Assembly (NCBI GenBank): GCA_965240465.1
Contig: OZ251219.1
Coordinates: forward strand, 1,056,001-1,120,000
Direction of reading: 5' to 3'
Length of the DNA stretch: 64,000 nucleotides
DNA from: a bacterium
GTDB taxonomy: Bacteria; SAR324; JACQKK01
Part shown: positions 20,901-33,064 of the stretch, one piece after another
Numbering within the stretch: the stretch's first letter is position 1
Layout of the letters: each line of letters starts with the position of its first letter
Notes under the pieces: generated by a model
Told to the model about the DNA's origin: nothing
Seen by the model: the letters and a program-made list of their open reading frames with translations, nothing else
Database searches by the model: none
Position numbers and translations under genes: made by a program

Positions 20901-22466
20901 TTGATGATGATTTGGTGGTGGATCGCAGGAGTGGTACTGGCATTACTGTTGTTGCGAGCATTGATAGATGTGGTACAACGCCAGCATACGATTTTGCATA
21001 ATTTTCCTCTGTTGGGTCATTTGCGATACCTACTGGAGGCGGTTGGTCCAGAACTGCGTCAGTATATTGTTACCAACAATGAGGAAGAGCGTCCTTTTAG
21101 TCGTGACCAAAGGCGTTGGGTGTATGCTTCCTCCAAGTTAGAAAATAATTACTTTGGGTTTGGTTCAGACAACGATATGGATAAGGAAAGAGGACATATT
21201 ATTGTCAAGCATGTAGCCTTTCCCTTAGAGGTTCCCGTGGCAGGTGGTGAGCATTACGACCCTGACTATTGGCTACCTTGTGGTAAGGTGTTGGGGAAAA
21301 CACGCAAGCGGAAGCATGCCTTTCGGCCGCAGTCATTGGTGTATTGTTCGGGGATGAGCTTTGGTGCTTTGAGTTCCACAGCCATTGAGTCTTTGAATAA
21401 GGGTTGTAAATTGGTGGGATGTCTGCACAACACGGGTGAAGGTTCGGTATCGCCATATCATCAGCATGGGGCGGATTTGATATGGCAGATAGGCACGGGA
21501 TACTTTGGCTGTCGCGATCAGCATGGAGGATTTGAAATCAATCGTTTTAAGCAAGTAGTCGAAGAAAACCCCGTACGTTGTATAGAGATTAAGCTTAGTC
21601 AGGGTGCTAAGCCTGGCAAGGGAGGTATTTTGCCTGCGGAAAAGATTACCGCAGAGATTGCCACTATTAGGGGCATTCCTAGGAATAAAGATTGCCTTAG
21701 TCCTGCGGGGCATACTGTTTTCTCGGATGCAGACGGGCTGCTGGATTTTGTGGAAAAGCTGGCTAGTGTTTCGGGTTTGCCAGTGGGCATCAAGTCTGCG
21801 GTGGGCGACATGGGTTTTTGGAAAGACCTGACACGCTTGATGAAGCGCGGTAATCGGGGGGTAGATTTCGTCACCATAGATGGCGGGGAAGGTGGAACGG
21901 GAGCAGCCCCCCTGGTATTTACCGATCATGTGTCTATGCCATTTAAGACGGGGTTTAATCGGGTGCACCGAGTGTTTGCAGAGGCGGGTCTGGTAGAGAA
22001 AGTGGTATTTATTGGCTCAGGGCGACTGGGGTTGCCATCGCGAGCTATCATGGCTTTGGCTTTAGGCTGCGATATGATAGCTGTTGCCCGTGAATCCATG
22101 CTAGCCATCGGTTGCATACAAGCACAGCGATGCCACACAGGTAGCTGTCCTTCTGGAGTAGCCACTCAAAATCGCTGGCTTAAATCGGGCTTAGATCCTA
22201 ATTTAAAGTCGGTTCGCTTTGCTAATTATATTGTTACCTTAAGAAAAGAATTGCTGTTGCTTTCCTATGCCTGTGGTCAACTACACCCGTCCTTAATTCC
22301 TACAGATCAATTTGAGCTGTTGGATGGAGGTGATGCTATCTCATTTGCAGAAAATTATCAGCTGAAGAAAAATTCTTGTTTATTGTCAAAAAATGACCAA
22401 GAAAGCCTTAAAAAAGTAATCGCCCAGCATAGCGTACCACCAGAAGAAAAAACTAAGGTTGCCTGA
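20901..22466 (+). CDS. FMN-binding glutamate synthase family protein
   Basis: SGMSFGALS, NTGEG, EIKLSQGAKPGKGG, DGGEGGTGAAP, CIQAQRCHTGSCPSG. Confidence 0.92.
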   Translation: MMMIWWWIAGVVLALLLLRALIDVVQRQHTILHNFPLLGHLRYLLEAVGPELRQYIVTNNEEERPFSRDQRRWVYASSKLENNYFGFGSDNDMDKERGHIIVKHVAFPLEVPVAGGEHYDPDYWLPCGKVLGKTRKRKHAFRPQSLVYCSGMSFGALSSTAIESLNKGCKLVGCLHNTGEGSVSPYHQHGADLIWQIGTGYFGCRDQHGGFEINRFKQVVEENPVRCIEIKLSQGAKPGKGGILPAEKITAEIATIRGIPRNKDCLSPAGHTVFSDADGLLDFVEKLASVSGLPVGIKSAVGDMGFWKDLTRLMKRGNRGVDFVTIDGGEGGTGAAPLVFTDHVSMPFKTGFNRVHRVFAEAGLVEKVVFIGSGRLGLPSRAIMALALGCDMIAVARESMLAIGCIQAQRCHTGSCPSGVATQNRWLKSGLDPNLKSVRFANYIVTLRKELLLLSYACGQLHPSLIPTDQFELLDGGDAISFAENYQLKKNSCLLSKNDQESLKKVIAQHSVPPEEKTKVA

Positions 22467-22552
22467 TTTTGCACTGCCTAGTTTTATTATCAGTTGTCTT
22501 TATAAAAGCTGAAAAAATACGAATTTTAGAAACATTTTATTGTTAGTACCTA

Positions 22553-23338
22553 ATGGATATTCGTAGCGAATCGTTTTTATTTCCCAACTCTAAAGGTCAG
22601 AATTTAGATAGCCGTTTAGAGTACCCAGAATCATCCCCTTCTGCGTGTGCCATATTTGCTCACTGCTTTACTTGCTCAAAGACTTCTGTTGCTGCTTATC
22701 ACATTAGCAAACAACTGGCTAGAAAAGGAATTGCGGTACTCAGGTTTGACTTTACTGGCCTGGGTGCCAGCAAGGGTGAATTCTCCGATACCAATTTTTC
22801 TTCCAATGTCCAAGACTTGTTAGCTGCGATGGATCACTTGAGCAAAGTAATTGCCCCGCCCTCTTTACTAGTCGGTCATTCCTTAGGAGGTACTGCCTGT
22901 TTGGCAGCTGCTCTGCAATCTCCGTATGTTAAGGCTGTGGCTACCATTGGTTCTCCTGCTGAGCCTGCCCACGTGGCACGCCTTATTTCTCCTGTAGAAC
23001 GGAAGGCTATCCAAAACCAGCCAGAAGTCACTGTCCAGATTGACGGTCGCCCTTTTCGCATCCGTAAGCAATTTCTTGATGACATCCAACAGTACAAATT
23101 ACTGGAAAAAATTCCCCAGCTGAATAAAGCTCTGCTCGTAATGCATGCTCCTGGCGATGATACCGTCCCCATAGATAATGCTACCCGCATCTTCATGCTT
23201 GCTCGCCACCCGAAAAGTTTTTGTTCCCTTGATAGTGCAGATCACTTGCTCACCCGTTCCCAGGATGCCCAATGGGTAGCAGATATCATTGCTGCTTGGG
23301 CTGGGAGGTTCATCAAGACCAGTTATCAAGCATCTTAG
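22553..23338 (+). CDS. Alpha/beta hydrolase (like the N-terminal domain of OsmC-fused hydrolases, OsmC part absent)
   Basis: AHCFTCSK, FDFTGLG, GHSLGG nucleophile elbow, HPKSF-x-SLD-x-ADHLL. Confidence 0.88.
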   Translation: MDIRSESFLFPNSKGQNLDSRLEYPESSPSACAIFAHCFTCSKTSVAAYHISKQLARKGIAVLRFDFTGLGASKGEFSDTNFSSNVQDLLAAMDHLSKVIAPPSLLVGHSLGGTACLAAALQSPYVKAVATIGSPAEPAHVARLISPVERKAIQNQPEVTVQIDGRPFRIRKQFLDDIQQYKLLEKIPQLNKALLVMHAPGDDTVPIDNATRIFMLARHPKSFCSLDSADHLLTRSQDAQWVADIIAAWAGRFIKTSYQAS

Positions 23339-23371
23339 AACGATATTTAAGTCTTTCATTAGGGAGGGCCA

Positions 23372-23443
23372 TGGGCACGGCTGGGATTGAACCAGCGGCC
23401 CCCACCATGTCACGGTGGTGCTCTCCCACTGAGCTACGTGCCC
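23372..23443 (-). tRNA. tRNA-Val(GAC), CCA not encoded
   Basis: Reverse complement GGGCACGTAGCTCAGTGGGAGAGCACCACCGT-GAC-ATGGTGGGGGCCGCTGGTTCAATCCCAGCCGTGCCCA folds as a cloverleaf. Confidence 0.95.
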
Positions 23444-23564
23444 TTGCTTTTCCAGCACGGGGATATGTGATGCTATCTATAACCCAAACGACTGGAAACA
23501 GTGCTGAGGTTATCATAATCAGGCTTTTATTCTCAAGATATATGGATTCATATTTAACATGTAA

Positions 23565-24110
23565 ATGTGGCATAATAGAACAAAGGGCAATACATATAAA
23601 AAGTACATTGTGAATTTATTATCATTTTTTGGTTTGTTTAGGGGCTCAAAGTCTACCACTGGTTTAGTGGCTGAGGCTGTGGCAGGGAAATTATCTACGG
23701 ATATGAATTCTGTGCAAGAAGGTTGTCTTGAAACGGATGAGCAGCTTAAGGTTTGGGATACTCCACTGGTGGACTTGGATGAACTTGGTTTGGCAGGTTG
23801 GCAAATGGAGCGTGGAGTCAAATGGCGTATGCCCCCTGCGGGTGAGGTACGAATGGATAGCAATTGGTTCATAAATATTACCCAAGAGTGGTTTAATGTT
23901 GAAGAGAGCCTAGAAGATACAGGGTGTCCTTCGCTATTGGATTGGAACAGCGAGCGTGAAAAGGTGGGGGTTCTCAGTATGAGAGATTTAGTGCTGGACT
24001 TACAACCTTTTGCCTCAGACAAGGGGGCGGAAGGCTGGTGGGAAAGGCAGGGAGTAATGTCGCTGAATATGGAGGAATTAGAGACTGCCAAGCGTGCAGT
24101 GGAAAAATAA
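23565..24110 (+). CDS. Hypothetical acidic, Trp-rich protein (start uncertain)
   Basis: 181-aa ORF between tRNA-Val and the 23S leader. Confidence 0.55.
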   Translation: MWHNRTKGNTYKKYIVNLLSFFGLFRGSKSTTGLVAEAVAGKLSTDMNSVQEGCLETDEQLKVWDTPLVDLDELGLAGWQMERGVKWRMPPAGEVRMDSNWFINITQEWFNVEESLEDTGCPSLLDWNSEREKVGVLSMRDLVLDLQPFASDKGAEGWWERQGVMSLNMEELETAKRAVEK

Positions 24111-24238
24111 AGAGATTTTGAAATATTATTTCTTGATGGCATTATTTTACAATAATTTTTAATAGTCTGCTTGCAGACGGTTTAATTGTGGTTTATGGTA
24201 GAAGATAATGAAACGCAGGTCATTTTAGATGGCTTGAA

Positions 24239-24249
24239 GTTCTTTGACA
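24239..24249 (+). promoter_or_regulatory. rrn boxA-like antitermination site
   Basis: GTTCTTTGACA resembles boxA (TGCTCTTTAACA), about 115 nt upstream of the 23S. Confidence 0.65.
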
Positions 24250-24343
24250 GTAGTGTATGAGGACCCAAAATGCGGATGTGCATTTTGGGCAAATAAGCTT
24301 GAATTCGTAGTGATTTTTGGTTGGCCTTGATAGGGCTGATCTG

Positions 24344-24363
24344 TTGAGGATCTGTGGAATAAA

Positions 24364-24370
<7 letters not shown>
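24344..24370 (+). other. 5' arm of 23S processing stem
   Basis: ttgaggatctgtggaataaaagtcaag pairs with 27359..27383 cttgacttttattccacatcctcaa (2-nt bulge). Confidence 0.8.
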
Positions 24371-27365
<2,995 letters not shown>

Positions 27366-27425
27366 TTTATTCCACATCCTCAATACACTAAAAGCAAATA
27401 CGCTGCAGTCAAAACTCCTGTGGAC

Positions 27426-27470
27426 GCAGAATCCTTGGAGGCAGAATCCCTGGAGGCAGAATCCCTGGAG
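27426..27470 (+). repeat. 15-bp tandem repeat x3 (gcagaatccYtggag)
   Basis: Read directly. Confidence 0.9.
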
Positions 27471-27491
27471 GGATACTTGGATAGGAATATC

Positions 27492-27519
27492 TTGACAAAA
27501 ATCTAGAAGTTGTTATACG
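27492..27519 (+). promoter_or_regulatory. Candidate sigma70 promoter for the DUF1761 pair and 5S
   Basis: TTGACA-N16-TATACG with an extended TGn. Confidence 0.5.
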
Positions 27520-27587
27520 CTCTGGACGCAGTGACAGGTGGTCACTTGTTCATACTCTTTTTTTCTAGAATTAAAGGATATATCATT

Positions 27588-27989
27588 ATGAAAACGTTTT
27601 CCTCATTTCCCTGGCGGTACATTATTTTGGCTGCTGTAGCTTCTTTTGTTCTTTCTTTTGTATGGTATAGCCCTCCTCTCTTTGGTGAAATATGGGCTAC
27701 TTTGAGTGGAATTAATCCTGAAAATTTTGGGGTGTTCTTAGCGATAGTATCTTTCATTACTTATTTGCTACAGGCCACGGTTTTATTTGCTGTTTTAAGA
27801 GCTTTTAACGCCAAAGGACTTGATGGGGAATGGTTCACTGCGGTTCTGCTAGTCGGAGTTACAGGCACTCTGTACTTATCAGGCGGTGTTTTATATTTGC
27901 AGAGGCCGCTTGATTTATTTTATATTGAAGGCGGTGATTACTTGCTTGGTATTTTTGTGACCGGATTGATATTGAGTCGCAAGGTATAA
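27588..27989 (+). CDS. DUF1761-like membrane protein
   Basis: AAVASFVLSFVWYSPPLFGEIW motif, 4 TM; AAGGA SD before ATG 27588. Confidence 0.8.
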   Translation: MKTFSSFPWRYIILAAVASFVLSFVWYSPPLFGEIWATLSGINPENFGVFLAIVSFITYLLQATVLFAVLRAFNAKGLDGEWFTAVLLVGVTGTLYLSGGVLYLQRPLDLFYIEGGDYLLGIFVTGLILSRKV

Positions 27990-28055
27990 GAATTTTGTAG
28001 AATAGTAGGTTGTCAATTTGCTATTTTCTTAACACTTCCTTCAAGAGAGGTTTTT

Positions 28056-28460
28056 ATGGAATTGATTTCAGTACTCCCCTTTGGTGCCATCGTGTTGGCA
28101 ACTGTGGCATCTTTTGTTGTTCAGTTTATCTGGTACAGCCCACTGGGATTTGCTAAGGCTTGTAAAAAGTTCAGCAACTCAAACCAAAATTGTAATTGCT
28201 CTATTGCTTATGGTATTTCGCTCAGCTTAATTGCTTTGTTTTTGCAGGCCGTATTGTTGTCTTTTGTATTACAGGCTCTGAATTCTCAAGGCTTTGACAC
28301 GGCTTTGTACGTAACTAGTTTGCTGCTGATTATCAGTGGTAGTGCTAATATGCTGATGGGCTCACTTAGTAATCAAAAGTCAAATATTTTTTTGGCTATT
28401 AACGTAGGAGGATACACAGCAACCGTGGTAACCTCTGCTATAGTATTGGCACTTGTTTAA
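28056..28460 (+). CDS. DUF1761-like membrane protein, paralog
   Basis: ATVASFVVQFIWYSPLGFAK...LAINVGGY; gagg SD. Confidence 0.8.
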   Translation: MELISVLPFGAIVLATVASFVVQFIWYSPLGFAKACKKFSNSNQNCNCSIAYGISLSLIALFLQAVLLSFVLQALNSQGFDTALYVTSLLLIISGSANMLMGSLSNQKSNIFLAINVGGYTATVVTSAIVLALV

Positions 28461-28493
28461 CGTATTTTAAGAAGGAGAAAAACGGCTTTGGTT

Positions 28494-28610
28494 TTGCGGT
28501 GATTATGGCGGAGATGTTCCACCTGTTCCCATCCCGAACACAGTAGTGAAAGTTTCCTGCGCCGATGGTACTGCCCCTTTCAGGGGTGGGAGAGTAGGGC
28601 GTTGCCGTGA
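28494..28610 (+). rRNA. rrf: 5S ribosomal RNA
   Basis: cacctgttcccatcccgaacacagtagtgaa, cgccgatggtact, gggagagtagg; ends approximate. Confidence 0.95.
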
Positions 28611-28673
28611 TCCAAGCCGTTTATTTTCCTCATTTTGCGAATACGGGTTGTTTTAATCCATCACATTTAAGTT

Positions 28674-28706
28674 AAGCAAGATTGCCGTTATGGGCGTATC
28701 TTGCTT
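28674..28706. terminator. Hairpin between convergent 5S and cyaY
   Basis: AAGCAAGAT...ATCTTGCTT inverted repeat. Confidence 0.5.
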
Positions 28707-28755
28707 GCCCTCGAAATAGGACAGTATGGCAGCTTGTTTGCTGTTGTAAGACTAA

Positions 28756-29085
28756 TTAGAACTCTACAGTAATACCTGTTTCGTCCTGGATGATTTTTCT
28801 GAGGAGAGCCAGTAATTCATTGGCGGAGTCTTTTTCATCTCGCCATGACTGAGTTTCTGAGTGGTAGGAAAATCGGTAGGCAGTGCCTTTGGATGCTACC
28901 GCCAGCCAGAGCTGTTGCAAGGGCGGTTGTGTACTGATGATCCAGTACTTCTGATTAACAATTAAGGTGAGAGTTCCGTGGCTGTCTTCGCACTCAATTT
29001 GGTCATCATCTAGGGCATCAATGACGCTCTGGATGTGCTTGCGAGTGGCCTCAATTTTTTGTCGGTATACTTGGGGAGTGAGCAT
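28756..29085 (-). CDS. cyaY: Frataxin-like iron donor CyaY
   Basis: GTLTL, WIISTQPPLQQLWLA, YRFSY; 109 aa. Confidence 0.85.
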   Translation of the reverse strand: MLTPQVYRQKIEATRKHIQSVIDALDDDQIECEDSHGTLTLIVNQKYWIISTQPPLQQLWLAVASKGTAYRFSYHSETQSWRDEKDSANELLALLRKIIQDETGITVEF

Positions 29086-29104
29086 ATAATCTATGTGTCA
29101 GGGG

Positions 29105-29181
<77 letters not shown>

Positions 29182-29371
29182 TTGTTGCTTCAACCGATTT
29201 CCTGACCCTTAAAATGAGCATGACAAAGAAAAAAACAGAAACACACCATACGGCTATGGTAATGCGTTTTCTTTATCGGGGCAAGTTTTTAGTTGATGAT
29301 TCTAAGCTTGAATTCAAAAAACAATACCAAGATGGAATATTCTATCAACTCAAATGCGTTGACTGCGGATC

Positions 29372-30151
29372 TTGATTTCATGCCATGTCTTTTGCAATTC
29401 CTTGCTTGTACCAATAATAATAGTAAGAACATCTTTAGGTTCAGTAGTACCATGCCTTAGGGAAGCGGTATTTTTGCTTTTTGCTGTTGATGAAAATTTC
29501 ATGGTTGAGATCATCCTACTTACGTTAAGAATCAGTCTGACGGCAGCCTTGTTGGCGGCTGTGTTGGGATTACCCTTAGGGGCTGTGTTAGCATTTTGCC
29601 GATTTCCTGGTCGTCAGGTGCTGGTGGTATTGGTGAATACCTTTATGTCCTTGCCACCAGTGGTAGTGGGAGTGGGGGTATATTTGTTGCTGAGTCATGG
29701 GGGAGTATTAGGTTCGCTGGAGTGGTTATTTACTCCGGCTGCAATGGTGCTGGCACAAACGATTTTGGCACTACCAATTGTCGCGGCGTTGAGTCGTGAG
29801 ATATTGAATTCATTGTGGTCTGAGTATGGTTGTTTGCTACGTTCGCTGTACGCTAGTGTTCCTCAACGATTTTTGACCTTATTATGGGAGGGTCGGGGAC
29901 AGTTAATAACGGCAGTATTAGCTGGTTTTGGTCGGGCGATTTCAGAGGTAGGTGCGGTATTGATAGTGGGTGGTAATATTTTTGGTCAGACGCGTGTATT
30001 GACTACGGCTATTGCTCAGCAAGCCAGCCAGGGAGAATTGGATATGGCTCTTCAATTGGGGATGATTTTGCTAGGGTTGGCGTTGAGTGTCAACTTATTG
30101 ATGCAGATTATGCGTACTCGTTTGTTGCCTCATGAGGTTGCGGTGCCTTAG
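29372..30151 (+). CDS. tupB: Tungstate ABC permease, TupB-like (start uncertain)
   Basis: FMSLPPVVVG, AGFGRAISEVGAVLIVGGNI, TRVLTTAI. Confidence 0.85.
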   Translation: MISCHVFCNSLLVPIIIVRTSLGSVVPCLREAVFLLFAVDENFMVEIILLTLRISLTAALLAAVLGLPLGAVLAFCRFPGRQVLVVLVNTFMSLPPVVVGVGVYLLLSHGGVLGSLEWLFTPAAMVLAQTILALPIVAALSREILNSLWSEYGCLLRSLYASVPQRFLTLLWEGRGQLITAVLAGFGRAISEVGAVLIVGGNIFGQTRVLTTAIAQQASQGELDMALQLGMILLGLALSVNLLMQIMRTRLLPHEVAVP

Positions 30152-30227
30152 TTTTAGGCAATTGAAGTGGTACTGTCGGCAAGCATAAGGCGGGATATAA
30201 CCCAAGATAAGGACAGGATATAGTTAG

Positions 30228-30902
30228 GTGCAAACAGCAATATTGAGCTTTAAGGCGGTTAGTTTTCGGGTGAGGGAGCGTTTGGTGTTGCAAAATGTAA
30301 GCTTTGATCTGGTTCAGCAGGGATGTACGGCTTTGCTGGGACACAATGGAGCTGGAAAGACGCTCAGTTTGATGTTGGCACACGGATTATTACAGCCTGC
30401 AGAGGGGTGCATTTGTTGGTCTAGTGAGGTGGTGGCTACTCAGGAGAGGGTTTTGGTATTGCATAATCCGGTTTTGCTGAGGCGTAGCGTACTAGCAAAT
30501 GTAATGTATCCACTTTTGCTTAGAGGAGTATCCCGAAACCAAAGCCGTAAGCGAGCACGGCAGGCTCTGGAGCATGCCCGCCTCATGCACCTGATTGACG
30601 CTCCAGCCCGTAGTTGTTCTGCGGGCGAAAAGCAACGGATAGCCCTCACACGGGCTTGGGTTTGTCGTCCAAGAATACTACTGCTAGATGAACCCACTGC
30701 TAACCTAGATCCCGCAGCAGTGCAACACATAGAAACAATGTTGCAACAAATAATCGGCGAGGGTAGCCGAGTGTTGCTGGCTACTCATGACTGGTCACAA
30801 GCTCAGCGATTGGCATCAGACGTGCTACTACTAAAACAAGGGCGGCTTATCAGACACCAGTCGGCAGAACAATTTTTCGTGCAATCACCCCGTAGCTGTT
30901 GA
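30228..30902 (+). CDS. tupC: Tungstate ABC ATPase, TupC-like
   Basis: GHNGAGKT, PVLLRRSVLANV, SAGEKQR, LLLDEPTANLDP. Confidence 0.8.
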   Translation: MQTAILSFKAVSFRVRERLVLQNVSFDLVQQGCTALLGHNGAGKTLSLMLAHGLLQPAEGCICWSSEVVATQERVLVLHNPVLLRRSVLANVMYPLLLRGVSRNQSRKRARQALEHARLMHLIDAPARSCSAGEKQRIALTRAWVCRPRILLLDEPTANLDPAAVQHIETMLQQIIGEGSRVLLATHDWSQAQRLASDVLLLKQGRLIRHQSAEQFFVQSPRSC

Positions 30903-30915
30903 TTAACAACCCAGT

Positions 30916-31314
30916 CTATCGCTTGGAGTATTGGAAATGCTTGCGTGCCCCGGGTTGACCGTATTTTTTGCGTTCTACCTTGCGAGAATCTCTAGTAAGC
31001 AACTTAGCTTGCTTGAGGATTGGTCGAGTCTCCTTCTCTGGCCAGGTTTGCAAAGCACGGGAGATACCATGGCGGAGGGCTTCAGCTTGACCGTTGTAGC
31101 CGCCTCCTCTAATGGTGGCGAGGATGTCAAAGGTGTTACTGGTGTCTGTGAGTTCAAGGGGCTGTTTCACGGTTACTTGCAGAGATTTTTGTTTGAAATA
31201 ATCTTCCATTGAGTGACTATTGATGGTAATTTTGCCTGTTCCTGGTCGCATGTAAACGCGAGCTACAGCACTCTTCCGTCTGCCAGTACCGATTAATTGC
31301 TTGGAAATATCCAT
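30916..31314 (-). CDS. rpsI: 30S ribosomal protein S9
   Basis: GTGRRKSAVARV, ERKKYG, QYSKR. Confidence 0.98.
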   Translation of the reverse strand: MDISKQLIGTGRRKSAVARVYMRPGTGKITINSHSMEDYFKQKSLQVTVKQPLELTDTSNTFDILATIRGGGYNGQAEALRHGISRALQTWPEKETRPILKQAKLLTRDSRKVERKKYGQPGARKHFQYSKR

Positions 31315-31320
31315 AGGGTT

Positions 31321-31824
31321 TTAGGGATTGGGATTTTGTCCTAATAGAAGCCATGGCTGTGCTTCTTGGGCTACGTGGGGGTGGTCTTCGTAGGGATAGA
31401 TTTTAAGTCTGGTGTGTAGGATATTCCGCCCCAGAATATTTTTAGGCAACATGCGTTTAATGGCTAGTCGCATTATTTCAGTAGGTTTGTTTTTCATCAG
31501 TTGTATCGCCTTAGTGGATTTCAGTCCACCAGGGTATCCCGTATGTCTGTGGTATTGCTTGTCTTGTAATTTATTGCCACTCAGCAAGATGTGTGCGGCG
31601 TTAATCACAACGACATAATCTCCCAGATTAAGATGAGGTGAAAAATGGGGCTTGTGCTTGCCTATCAACAGGCTAGCAATTTGACTAGCAGCCCTACCCA
31701 AGATCTGTGCTTTGGCATCCACCACCAGCCACTTAGGTGCTAGAGGGCTACGGGCACGGAAATCAAGCTGGCGAGGGGAGAATGTCTTGTTGCCTAAAAC
31801 AGGGCTTATTTTGTGTACGGTCAT
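31321..31824 (-). CDS. rplM: 50S ribosomal protein L13 (ATG at 31824 assumed)
   Basis: WLVVDA, LGRAAS, GKHKP, GDYVVVINA, HTGYPGGLK. Confidence 0.97.
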   Translation of the reverse strand: MTVHKISPVLGNKTFSPRQLDFRARSPLAPKWLVVDAKAQILGRAASQIASLLIGKHKPHFSPHLNLGDYVVVINAAHILLSGNKLQDKQYHRHTGYPGGLKSTKAIQLMKNKPTEIMRLAIKRMLPKNILGRNILHTRLKIYPYEDHPHVAQEAQPWLLLGQNPNP

Positions 31825-31969
31825 AGCTACAAGAGTTGTGGTAGAACTGGCCAATTAGTAGATGAGAGCATCAGCGGCCAGCCTGGCACAAAAGAGTGGT
31901 GTGCGTCAAGTTTTTTCAGTAATTGATAATTTAACCCCCATAATATTATGGTGGGTTGAGAGTACCAAG

Positions 31970-31986
31970 CTGGAATAGAAATTGCT
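31970..31986 (+). promoter_or_regulatory. Candidate sigma54 (-24/-12) promoter of the fliF-like gene
   Basis: CTGGAATAGAAATTGCT has exact GG-N10-GC spacing. Confidence 0.4.
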
Positions 31987-32071
31987 ACTTACTCCAAGGG
32001 AAGCTGGGAAGTTTTACAGTGCCTATCAAGAAAGGGTGGTGTTTTTAACTAGCGATGTATGAAGGTTACGA

Positions 32072-33064
32072 ATGGTTAGAATAATAGCGTTTTTGTTAGG
32101 GGTGGTGGGATTAGTGCTGTGGTTGGTATATGTATTTGTGCCGCTTCTGGATGAGGTTCGGTATGCACAACGTGGCGAGCAATCTAGTTTGATTGGGAAT
32201 AAGACTGAGGTTCAAGCTGGATTACAAACCGAGAATGGATCTATTTTAGTTAAAAGAGCAGTGAAATTGGTGGGAAAAGAGGATTTAGGGCGTCCTTTGA
32301 CGGAGGTGCGGGGACGAGTGGGTGAATATTTAGAGGTAAAGTTACGTTTGGAAGAATCTTTGAGAGGGCGGATTGTACGCCAGCTAGAGCCTTTGACGGG
32401 AGACGGACGAGTGCAAGTTTCCGTGTTTGCTGATCTACGAGCTGGGGGTAGCGAAGAGGATTTTTCTGAGAAAGCGTATTTGGAGTTAGCGGAGTCAAGG
32501 TTTTCTGAGACCCAAATTGAACGCTTGAGTATTTCACTGTTGTTAGGTAGGCGTCCAGTAGCAGCCGTTGCGGGAGAAGGTCTAGGGGCAGGCTATGATG
32601 AATGGAGTACTTGGGAACAAAGACAGATTGAACAGTTAGTCAAGGGGGCAGTGGGTTTCAATGAAGCACGGGGAGATACGCTAAAAATGGCTATCCTTAC
32701 TCTGGAAGGCGATGCAAAAACCTCGTTCTTGCCTTTAGTAAGCAAGCAATCAGTAGCAGATACAGTTAAGGGCTCTACACTAGGAATTCAACCTGCTAGG
32801 GGGGTCTTTTTCCTTGGGGGATCCCTAGGCTTGCTACTACTTTTAGTCCTGCTGGTGATCTTGCCGACAAGTAACAAAAAGCATCCGTTGCCACCAGAAT
32901 CTCATTTTAACAGAGATGATAACCACCCAGAGAGCAATCCATTTGGTAGTGAGTTTGATGCCGCTACCTTCTCACCAGTAGCACCTGTCCGCAGGCAAGC
33001 CATCTCTGCGGCAAAAGAAGACCCCCAAACAACTGCCCGAATCCTAGAAGAGTGGCTTAGTTGA
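32072..33064 (+). CDS. Shortened FliF-like (flagellar M-ring C-terminal domain) membrane protein
   Basis: Two TMs; VQVSVFADL, IERLSISLLL, IEQLVKGAVGFNEARGD, and C-terminal EDPQTTARILEEWL, all typical of FliF. Confidence 0.7.
   Translation: MVRIIAFLLGVVGLVLWLVYVFVPLLDEVRYAQRGEQSSLIGNKTEVQAGLQTENGSILVKRAVKLVGKEDLGRPLTEVRGRVGEYLEVKLRLEESLRGRIVRQLEPLTGDGRVQVSVFADLRAGGSEEDFSEKAYLELAESRFSETQIERLSISLLLGRRPVAAVAGEGLGAGYDEWSTWEQRQIEQLVKGAVGFNEARGDTLKMAILTLEGDAKTSFLPLVSKQSVADTVKGSTLGIQPARGVFFLGGSLGLLLLLVLLVILPTSNKKHPLPPESHFNRDDNHPESNPFGSEFDAATFSPVAPVRRQAISAAKEDPQTTARILEEWLS

Noticed and set aside
21333-24142. Long antisense ORFs 21333..21968 and 23519..24142
   Set aside because: The first shadows a well-supported gene. 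The second has no motifs, and the + frame looks more protein-like, though the strand choice there is not certain.
27426-27470. Possible CRISPR array
   Set aside because: 15-bp units are head-to-tail with no spacers, and there are no cas genes.
29182-29500. Moco/Wco riboswitch or ModE box upstream of tupB
   Set aside because: No recognisable motif by eye; an Rfam scan would be needed.
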